Shown here one piece after another: positions 33,359 through 40,468 of a stretch of 40,468 nt of DNA (within the stretch, counting starts at the first letter, position 1; each line of letters opens with the position of its first letter). A program made the position numbers and the translations under genes. The stretch comes from a virus (lineage: Duplodnaviria > Caudoviricetes). The notes under the pieces are model-generated. The model saw nothing but the letters and a program-made list of their open reading frames with translations, did not search any database and was not told the origin of the DNA. Location: positions 1 through 40,468 of IMG/VR virus record IMGVR_UViG_3300037484_000276. One strand, written 5' to 3'.

Positions 33359-34447
33359 TTATACTCCCGTGATTCCAGTTAATTTCCCGTTGTGTCTGAA
33401 TGACTTTGGAACTAGCTGTCCTATGACTACAAAGAATCCTGCCATACCGAGTTGATCCGGCATCATTTCCAATGGCTTATAGAACCATCCATTGAATTCT
33501 GAAGGTAGTGTCTCTGCTCCCGCTCCTTCGGTAACTTTGGCCGTACCAAGATTTACTTTCTCAATCTTGCCTACATACTTCGGTGGCACTGTGGTTCTAC
33601 CATACCAGTTAAAAGAATTTTCATTAAGAGCATACCAGACTCCAGATGTTGCAGCATCATCCTTGATAACTGGCCTACCTCTGTATTCAAGTGCTGTGAA
33701 TCCAGCTCGGCCTTGCATATCGCCTCGGCTCATAGATTCATCTCCCCTTACAGGAAGAATATTATAGTTGTTTCTAAGTTGTGGATTTATAAGCTGTCCA
33801 TAGAGGCTCCAGATAGCTTTTGTAGTATCGTTGATGGTAGGTTCTGTTGAAGAAATACCCGCACTCGAGACTGCGTCATTTAGGGTATCAAGTTTTGCCA
33901 AGGTAAGAGTTCCACCGCTTGCGGTATCTATCGCATTTAATACTGAATATGTTGTTCTTGAAAGACCGCCGATTGTACCAACATTTCCGCCGTCATCGAC
34001 TATGGCCTCAAGACCAAGTGGTTGGTTTGAGCTTCCGAGAGAGGAATAAACAACTGAACCAATCTCCTGTACTGCTTCTTCCGCAGCGTCTTCATAATTG
34101 AAGTCGTCAACGTCAATAGTTCCAGCTTCACCTACATTGGCAAAACTTTCAAGCATTATTGAAACATTCGGTTGGACACCCGCAGCATGCCTATATACCG
34201 CTGTCACCGTTGTATCGGCTGCCGCAAGGTCGATTGATTCGAGCGCTGTCACCCATTGGAATCTGCTTGAGGTGGATACCTTCATTGTAACGTCTAGAGA
34301 TTTGCCTGAAGGAAATGGCTTTGCCTTACCCATAAGGCGGGAGAAGTAAGTTCGGGAGTCCATCACTTGGTCGACAACTTTTGCATAGAGCTTGCGCTCT
34401 GTGCTTCCTTCTACGCGTTGTGTGTTTTGGATTCCGTCGACTGCCAT
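33359..34447 (-). CDS. Major capsid protein (HK97 fold)
   Basis: 362 aa after the scaffold; GLEAIVD, IGGLSR, GFTALEYRGRPVIKD, RHNGKLTGIT. Confidence 0.88.
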   Translation of the reverse strand: MAVDGIQNTQRVEGSTERKLYAKVVDQVMDSRTYFSRLMGKAKPFPSGKSLDVTMKVSTSSRFQWVTALESIDLAAADTTVTAVYRHAAGVQPNVSIMLESFANVGEAGTIDVDDFNYEDAAEEAVQEIGSVVYSSLGSSNQPLGLEAIVDDGGNVGTIGGLSRTTYSVLNAIDTASGGTLTLAKLDTLNDAVSSAGISSTEPTINDTTKAIWSLYGQLINPQLRNNYNILPVRGDESMSRGDMQGRAGFTALEYRGRPVIKDDAATSGVWYALNENSFNWYGRTTVPPKYVGKIEKVNLGTAKVTEGAGAETLPSEFNGWFYKPLEMMPDQLGMAGFFVVIGQLVPKSFRHNGKLTGITGV

Positions 34448-34455
34448 TTTATTTC

Positions 34456-34531
34456 AAAAAAAATCCACCCTGTTGGGTGGAATATTTTTTCCTTGCTTTC
34501 ATTATACACCTATATTAATAGATGCTGTCAA
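34456..34531 (-). promoter_or_regulatory. Capsid promoter and leader hairpin
   Basis: TTGACA-19 nt-TATAAT, then TCCACCC-AACA-GGGTGGA plus T8, ending 8 nt before ATG. Confidence 0.65.
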
Positions 34532-34539
34532 GTATTCAA

Positions 34540-35319
34540 TTATTTACCCTTAATCTGATCAAAGTTTTTGCCATGAATCTCCGAATATGAATAATCATCT
34601 TCCCCTTTTGAGCTGCTTACTCCCTTCTTTCCGAATGAAACTGGCGCGTCACTTCCAGAAGGCTCTTCATTCAATTCATCTTTGTACTTTCTATATATAA
34701 GTTCCACAGAGGTTATCGGTGCCAATCCTTCCGCCTGCCTCTTGTCACCAACCTCCTTCATTTTGGCAAACAGTTTTATCCTTATCTTCTTGCCTGGATC
34801 ATTGGAGTCTTTCTCATCTTTGACTAAGGGTATCTCTTCCGACTCCTCAAGCCCTTTAAGTTCACTATCCCAATAATCGTTCCATTTCTTGTTTACTTCC
34901 GTGGCTTCATTTTCTTGATCTTGTTGAGATTTAGCAATCTCGGCCTCTGTTTGCTTTCTTTTCCACTCCGCTAGATCGGCCGAGTATTCGGCGTGTTCCT
35001 TCCAACTTTTTGGCTTTGTTTCTCCTCTCTGTTCCCATGGAGGAACAAGTTCTTTCTGCGCTTCTTCCTTTTCCTCCTTGGTAAGGCCGAGGCCTTTGGC
35101 TATCTTCTCCATGACAGCCTTCTGCGCTTCTTCTACTGTGGATTTTTTAAATTCCTCGACGTCAAACTCCTCTTCAACGATTTCGCCTTTTTCTTCCACT
35201 TTTTCATCCACAGATTCCTCTGTTATTTCCTCATCTTTGACTTCTTCCTTTGGAGTCTCCTCAACGGCCTTCTCGTCTTTTGTTTCTTCCGTGGGTTTTG
35301 TGTCTGTGGGGTTTGTCAT
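34540..35319 (-). CDS. Capsid scaffolding protein
   Basis: Very acidic and helical; lies between portal and capsid genes. Confidence 0.75.
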   Translation of the reverse strand: MTNPTDTKPTEETKDEKAVEETPKEEVKDEEITEESVDEKVEEKGEIVEEEFDVEEFKKSTVEEAQKAVMEKIAKGLGLTKEEKEEAQKELVPPWEQRGETKPKSWKEHAEYSADLAEWKRKQTEAEIAKSQQDQENEATEVNKKWNDYWDSELKGLEESEEIPLVKDEKDSNDPGKKIRIKLFAKMKEVGDKRQAEGLAPITSVELIYRKYKDELNEEPSGSDAPVSFGKKGVSSSKGEDDYSYSEIHGKNFDQIKGK

Positions 35320-35350
35320 ATTTTTGACTTATAAAAACATGATATCACAA

Positions 35351-35641
35351 TCAGGCTATTTTGCCCATCTCTTTGTTCATGCGCTCAGTCATCATCTTTT
35401 TCATCTCCTCGTTCGACATGCCCTTTTTCTTTGCTATTTTTTTGTCCATCTCCTTTTTTACGGGTGGGGAATTGTGCTCGGAGCTTGAGCTATTACGCAT
35501 CTTGTAACCACCTTCGGCGGCATAGCGAGCTCTTACAGAACTTTTAGCTTTAGCCAGTGAATTGGAATGGCCGACTACCTTGCCAGTATCAGACTTTATA
35601 ATAACCGCTTTATTTCCTCTTTTAACTGCTTTCCAAGGAAT
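35351..35641 (-). CDS. Small basic protein with a probable ATT start (96 aa)
   Basis: (M)PWKAVKRGNKAVIIKSDTGKVVGHS...; promoter at 35667-35675 and GAGAGGGT upstream. Confidence 0.55.
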   Translation of the reverse strand: MPWKAVKRGNKAVIIKSDTGKVVGHSNSLAKAKSSVRARYAAEGGYKMRNSSSSEHNSPPVKKEMDKKIAKKKGMSNEEMKKMMTERMNKEMGKIA

Positions 35642-35672
35642 GGTGATACCCTCTCTTTCTAAATAAATTATA

Positions 35673-37799
35673 TCACAAGTTTCTCGTCGATCCCGACGGT
35701 AGCGTCGGTGGTTCGGTCGGCATGGCACTAGTATTCGTAGGCGTAGGATTGGCGGGCGGGTTATTTGTTTCTCCACCTTGTCCGAATTGATTTGAGGGAG
35801 GATTCTCAGTTGCTCCACTTGTCTTGTCGATCACCTGTTTAGCAAACTGTACTATTATTTGCTGTATTTGTGGATTGAGAGCTTGAAATTCTGGCGACTG
35901 GATAAATTTGTTTAAAGTATCGATATATTCTGGTGTCGGCGATTGTGGGACATTTGGTTGCTGTCCTTGCTGCAATTGCTGAATATCTAGTATTGCTTGC
36001 TGGCCATTTTCCCCATTCAATTTATTGCCCATAGCTTGTGAGTCTTGAAGACCTAAACCATATTTGGCTGTATATTCAGCCGGACTTTGTAAAAACATCA
36101 TCAGCTTCATTGTCCTCCCCATTGGATCAGAAGCTCCGATATCTTTGTAAAATGTATGGGGATCAATTAACTTCAATTTCGCTAAATCTATCGCTCTACG
36201 TTCCGCTTTCAGTTTGTCTGTACCAGACGCTGTTGATATTACTACCATCCCGTCATTTATCATGTCCCGCTGGAACTTATAAAAAGTGCTTTTCCCGTCC
36301 TCACCTAAAACTTCAGTAAAGTCCTCTTCGCTCCTTCTTAGTTTTGTGAGTTGCAAGTCCGCCCTGACCATTTTTTCCGCCGCATAGGTTATCGTCTCGT
36401 CTACCAAATTGTCATCCAGCGCAAAATTGCCCTCCCTTGCTATCTGGTTTGAGGTAGCAGTGTCGCTCTGAATCTCCCCCCTCGTGGCGTTCGTGCCTCC
36501 CTTGGCGAACATCCTGTTCCTGGTATCTTCATAATCTTTGAATTCCTGGGCTGTCGGGAGATCGGGGGGGATAACGCCATGTGTCTTGTTTATGTCTCCG
36601 TCGACTAATAAATCCTCATCGGGATCATTCAAGTCCATTTCTTCAATATCATCTGCCTTCAGGCCAGTCTCCTTCGAGAAAATGTGCTTTACCCTATTGG
36701 CAAGTTTTTCTTGGATAACCTTGCCCCTATCGTCCAAGCTATATTGCATCAGGATAAGCTGCTCTATCCTCGAAGTAACACTGATCGGCGACTTGCCGAG
36801 TAAATCAGAACACATAAAAATGTACGGCTTCTCTGGATTTTTGAAGTAGTTTCTGTAAACTTTTTCTTCCCTCATTCCTGCCATCGGTTGATTGGATAGG
36901 ACTGATTCCCTCACTTTTTCTTCAGTCAATAGTTCCTTATAAGAGAAAAGTCTCTTCTCTCCTCCCCAATCCCAGTTGGGGTCTTTCATTTTGTGGAGAA
37001 TTTTTTTATGATATTTCCAAGCTACACCCTCAATGCGTTCCCACTTGTCTCCAACCTTGTTGTACCAAGTAAACCATACCTCCCATGGATGTACTATTGT
37101 GGCTAGTCCCTTTTCTGGTGGCTTGTCATACTTGTCAAAATTCAGCCCGTCCTTTTTGGCTTCCTCTAATATGTCATTTTCTTTGTCGGGGAATCTTACA
37201 ATCATTTCCTTCAAGCTACAGTGCAACCTCTCGCCAATGATGTCCATTCCAGTAGCTTCGTTTGTATTCGAAAATGCGTCCAAAACTATATCCTCACCCA
37301 AAACCCATTTGTATTCTATGTCACCGTGTTCCCCGAGTTCGGGATTCCAGAGCCATTTAATAGTTCCAAAAAAATCAAGGGGTTCTCTTTTGAAGGCCAT
37401 TGTCAAAACCTGTCTCCGTTCGCGGGTCTTGCTTCTGGCGTCGATTACTTTGCTGATGTCGTCCGCTATCTTTTGTGCCTCTTCGCCTTGGACGCCTGGA
37501 GTAACAATAAAATCTGGCATTTTGGAAACTGATATGGCCTTGAGTTGGCGCTCCGATTCCCAAATCACGTTGTCCAGCCATTTGCCCTCGTAATCCTTGA
37601 GTTTCTTGGTGTCTATTTGCTCGCCCAGGTAATATTTTTCATTCTTTTCCCGCCTGTCTTTCAGGTGATATTTTTTTTCGAATTCGGCCTCGTTATTTTT
37701 TAATTTATCCCCAATGATATCAACCAATTCTTCGTCTTCAATCTCAAGGCTGAGCGGGTCTTGCATTAAGATGGGTTCTTTTTGGGAGTTGTCATCCAT
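35673..37799 (-). CDS. Portal protein (P22-like)
   Basis: 708 aa between terminase and scaffold; NEKYYLG, TATSNQI, Gln/Pro-rich tail. Confidence 0.82.
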   Translation of the reverse strand: MDDNSQKEPILMQDPLSLEIEDEELVDIIGDKLKNNEAEFEKKYHLKDRREKNEKYYLGEQIDTKKLKDYEGKWLDNVIWESERQLKAISVSKMPDFIVTPGVQGEEAQKIADDISKVIDARSKTRERRQVLTMAFKREPLDFFGTIKWLWNPELGEHGDIEYKWVLGEDIVLDAFSNTNEATGMDIIGERLHCSLKEMIVRFPDKENDILEEAKKDGLNFDKYDKPPEKGLATIVHPWEVWFTWYNKVGDKWERIEGVAWKYHKKILHKMKDPNWDWGGEKRLFSYKELLTEEKVRESVLSNQPMAGMREEKVYRNYFKNPEKPYIFMCSDLLGKSPISVTSRIEQLILMQYSLDDRGKVIQEKLANRVKHIFSKETGLKADDIEEMDLNDPDEDLLVDGDINKTHGVIPPDLPTAQEFKDYEDTRNRMFAKGGTNATRGEIQSDTATSNQIAREGNFALDDNLVDETITYAAEKMVRADLQLTKLRRSEEDFTEVLGEDGKSTFYKFQRDMINDGMVVISTASGTDKLKAERRAIDLAKLKLIDPHTFYKDIGASDPMGRTMKLMMFLQSPAEYTAKYGLGLQDSQAMGNKLNGENGQQAILDIQQLQQGQQPNVPQSPTPEYIDTLNKFIQSPEFQALNPQIQQIIVQFAKQVIDKTSGATENPPSNQFGQGGETNNPPANPTPTNTSAMPTEPPTLPSGSTRNL

Positions 37800-37823
37800 A
37801 CTATCTAAATTATAGCATTAAAG

Positions 37824-38075
37824 CTAGACTTCCCTTGAGAAGATGGCGGACAGCAAATATTTCTGTCTGCATTGCGAATTTGAGCACTGGATAAGTATGG
37901 GTATCTCAGTCGGAGCGTACCCAGGTATTATGGAAACGAGCCTCCCCTTGTACTGAAACACTGGGTTCTTACAGGTCGGACAGTTGAACATTTTGAAATT
38001 GTCCGTAAAATTTTCCACTATGGCGATCGTTACTACGTCAATATCTTTGACTTCTTCTCGGATCAAAACCCTCAT
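37824..38075 (-). CDS. Zn-ribbon protein
   Basis: CPTC...CSNSQC. Confidence 0.75.
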   Translation of the reverse strand: MRVLIREEVKDIDVVTIAIVENFTDNFKMFNCPTCKNPVFQYKGRLVSIIPGYAPTEIPILIQCSNSQCRQKYLLSAIFSREV

Positions 38076-39550
38076 ACCTGTCTGTATCTCCTTCTACCTT
38101 TGTTTATTCTACCAAAAGCGTCCAGGTCAAGCTTGGTTATCATTGATTGTTTGTATTTTTTTTCTTCTTTCTGATGGATACCGCCCGCCTTTGCGTCGAT
38201 CCATTTGATATGCTTCAGCATATAACGTAAGGCGTCTGCCCAGTGGTCATCTCCGTTTGTATTTACATCTTCAACATTATTCTCGTCGTATACAAGTTGC
38301 GGAAGAGTATTAATTAAATCAACACAATTCTCAGTTATTAATAAATACGGTAGTCCATCTGGAGCAATCGATAGCCAGTCGTGTACAACTGACCAACCTG
38401 AAATCCTATCTTTGTTTGTCTTTTTGAGAGGAACATGGCTATAACCTAATTTATCAAATGCCTTTTTAAACTGATCTATAATTGAAATTGAGCCATCGTC
38501 TCCTGGAGAAAACATTTTAGTATCACATTGAATTTTGACAAATTCTTTTAAATTAACTTTGTCTGAGATTGCTTTGGCCCATTCTTTGGGATTTTTATCA
38601 GTACCATCTATCTCTTTGTATACCCATATTCTATGAAATTCGCGACCATCTTCTAGTTCTACCATGTCTAATAGTGCAGCTAAAAAAACAAAAGGTGCTA
38701 CTCTGCCCCAATCAACTCCTCCATATTTGGGTATTTCTCTTCTAGGTATAAATGGCTTACAGGTATGAAGTTCTCGTCTAAATTCTCTAAAAAACTGTCC
38801 CTCAAATTGGTCGAAGTCACCTTCTCTCCAGGCTCTACCCAACGCACCAGGCAAACTTTCTAAATATTCAATATACTCCTTATTTAAAAACGGGTTGTCT
38901 TTGTAAGTACCGCCCACAAATTCTACACCATTAGGTTTTTCTCTAATATATCTATTATGAACCAAAGCATGACCTATTCCGCCTGGATTAAATGATGTAT
39001 AAATCCTGGGTCTCCAATCATTTCTGCTTGTTCTTAATGATCCTCGTAATTTTGTATATTTATCTTCTGTTAACTGATTTAGCTCCTCTACAATCATAAA
39101 GTCATATTCAATCCCGATATATTTGTCTATGTCACTTGCAGTTTTAAAGCCACCTAAGATTATTCTTGATCCATTGGGAAATTTAATTGAGTTGGTTACT
39201 CTTTCAAAAGGAATTCTTCCAGAAATCACTTTTAAAATAAGATCATCAAAACTCTCTTTAGCTGCTAAACCAGTTTGTCGCAAAAAAAGACCTTTTAATC
39301 TCGATACTCTCTGACAATCATCCAAGGCTGCCTGTGCCATAACAGCATGAGATTTACCTGGACCTCTAGCTCCACCTGTTCCTATATCTACTGGACCATT
39401 TGGTTTGTCAGCTTCTCTTGCTAAGGCGTGAAATCTCCATTGCCAAGGTAAAGGAACATGAGATGCTACTATAAAGTTTTCAACCTGATCTTGAGGGCTA
39501 CCTGCTATTCTAGCTGTCTCTAGAAACTTTTGTAGGGGTATCGTTACCAT
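38072..39550 (-). CDS. terL: Terminase large subunit
   Basis: Walker A GGARGPGKS, Walker B MIVEE, NPGGIGH, GVDWG, DHWADALRY. Confidence 0.95.
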   Translation of the reverse strand: MVTIPLQKFLETARIAGSPQDQVENFIVASHVPLPWQWRFHALAREADKPNGPVDIGTGGARGPGKSHAVMAQAALDDCQRVSRLKGLFLRQTGLAAKESFDDLILKVISGRIPFERVTNSIKFPNGSRIILGGFKTASDIDKYIGIEYDFMIVEELNQLTEDKYTKLRGSLRTSRNDWRPRIYTSFNPGGIGHALVHNRYIREKPNGVEFVGGTYKDNPFLNKEYIEYLESLPGALGRAWREGDFDQFEGQFFREFRRELHTCKPFIPRREIPKYGGVDWGRVAPFVFLAALLDMVELEDGREFHRIWVYKEIDGTDKNPKEWAKAISDKVNLKEFVKIQCDTKMFSPGDDGSISIIDQFKKAFDKLGYSHVPLKKTNKDRISGWSVVHDWLSIAPDGLPYLLITENCVDLINTLPQLVYDENNVEDVNTNGDDHWADALRYMLKHIKWIDAKAGGIHQKEEKKYKQSMITKLDLDAFGRINKGRRRYRQV

Positions 39551-39890
39551 ATATTTTAGAGATCGTTGCTTTTATATCTAGTGGGATTGGTCTTTCTTCG
39601 TCTCCTTCGTGTATATTTCTTTGTACAGGCATGCCGTCTATATAGTTCCAGATGTTTTTAATCATTTGCTGATCTCCGTCTTGAATTGCCTGTTTCATTA
39701 TTCTGGCGATTAAAAGTTGCAGATAGGTAGACTTCTGTCCTTTGGGTATTTCTTCTAATTTTCTTTTAATCTCAGTGGTTATGGATATTCCCGCGCCTTT
39801 AGGTTTGCCTGCTGGATTTCCACTTGTTCCAGCCACAAACCGTCCTTTATCGTCCCTGATTTCTCCTGTTTTTTTTGGTTGTTCTTCCAT
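39510..39890 (-). CDS. terS: Terminase small subunit (DUF5681-like)
   Basis: RDDKGRF..GTSGNPAGKPKG and IDGMP; overlaps terL. Confidence 0.8.
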   Translation of the reverse strand: MEEQPKKTGEIRDDKGRFVAGTSGNPAGKPKGAGISITTEIKRKLEEIPKGQKSTYLQLLIARIMKQAIQDGDQQMIKNIWNYIDGMPVQRNIHEGDEERPIPLDIKATISKIYGNDTPTKVSRDS

Positions 39891-39899
39891 TTGTAAAAA

Positions 39900-40172
39900 T
39901 TATTGGTCTTCTGTCTCTCCGGCCCTTCTATATAAGTGTTCGCAAGCAGGACAAATTATAACTCTGCCGATCATTTTCATCTTTGTTTTGTCTTCCCAGA
40001 TTCCTCTGTTTTTAATTATTCCACCACATTTTAGGCACATGTCTCCTTCTTGTAATAATTTTTTGTTTTTATTGTTTTTATAGCACTTTCTGCAATAACC
40101 ATTATCATAAGGGTATCTAGGTTCTAAAAGATCTATTCCACAACTACGGCATTTTTCTCTTGTTTTTTCCAT
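39900..40172 (-). CDS. Zn-finger protein
   Basis: Four CxxC motifs. Confidence 0.7.
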   Translation of the reverse strand: MEKTREKCRSCGIDLLEPRYPYDNGYCRKCYKNNKNKKLLQEGDMCLKCGGIIKNRGIWEDKTKMKMIGRVIICPACEHLYRRAGETEDQ

Positions 40173-40345
40173 CTTTTTGTTAATCCTATCTTGGAAATTT
40201 TTTTATAATGTTCCTCTCCGTATCTTGAAAAAGTTTTTAAGCCTCCTATTCTGCCAGTTAATTGAAAATACTCTCTTGCTTCTTTGTTTAATAAAAACTT
40301 ATCGCGCGAATTTTGTAAAGTTAATTGGGGTATATTTTTTGCCAT
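40133..40345 (-). CDS. Small basic protein with KGG-like motif
   Basis: GRIGGLKT..RYGEEHYKKISKIG. Confidence 0.65.
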   Translation of the reverse strand: MAKNIPQLTLQNSRDKFLLNKEAREYFQLTGRIGGLKTFSRYGEEHYKKISKIGLTKRWKKQEKNAVVVE

Positions 40346-40467
40346 GTTTTTTAGATATTTCTTTTCCCTTTTTGTCAGCTATATCAAAATAATATTGACA
40401 TTTTTCTTTAGCCTCATCGTAAGAAATAGCTCCAAACTTCATTGCAGCTACTATTCCTCTAGCTATT
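40342..40467. repeat. Terminal direct repeat / assembly overlap, copy 2
   Basis: Identical to 1-126. Confidence 0.97.
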
Positions 40468-40468
40468 A

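Noticed and set aside
515-40392. Many plus-strand ORFs in the track (e.g. 2453-2941, 3161-3703, 10487-11008, 37033-37593) and minus-strand ORFs within 19597-22133
   Set aside because: They are antisense shadows of well-supported genes, Ser/Phe/Leu-rich, with no motifs or promoters.
1-40468. Stop-codon reassignment, DGR/retron, integrase or transposase
   Set aside because: Core genes are intact in code 11 and use all three stops; I recognised no reverse transcriptase, recombinase or transposase motifs, and no TR/VR pair by eye.
40342-40468. Biological terminal repeat of the packaged genome
   Set aside because: The 126-127 nt length matches a common assembler k-mer overlap and it falls mid-gene, so it is treated as a circularisation artefact.

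Overview
This looks like a complete, circular-mapping ~40.3 kb tailed dsDNA phage genome: bases 1-126 recur at 40342-40467 and an ORF reads cleanly across the join. Nearly all genes are on the minus strand, in a podovirus/P22-like order: terminase small and large subunits, portal, scaffold, major capsid, decoration, adhesin-like proteins, tail adaptor/nozzle, an inverted plus-strand block of probable ejection proteins, tail fibres, CHAP endolysin and holin. These are followed by a replication/recombination module (P-loop helicase, PD-(D/E)XK exonuclease, SSB-like protein, Holliday junction resolvase), four free-standing homing-type endonucleases, YopX, a phage GroES/GroEL pair and a ParB plus TAGT/GREB1-like glycosyltransferase pair. 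I recognised no integrase, DNA polymerase, CRISPR array or reverse transcriptase. The host may be Patescibacteria/CPR (inference only). The most unusual signals are: (i) about 15 gene-by-gene (TGn)TATAAT promoters, most 5-10 nt before ATG, implying leaderless mRNAs; (ii) a cluster of structured RNAs at 14.24-14.9 kb, one with a loop complementary to the holin ribosome-binding site; (iii) a virion-type N-terminus fused to tandem ADP-ribosyltransferase domains in the tail region; (iv) a tRNA-like element with a 33-nt D-loop; and (v) inverted iteron-like repeats inside the helicase gene. All product calls come from reading motifs by eye; no database search was run.
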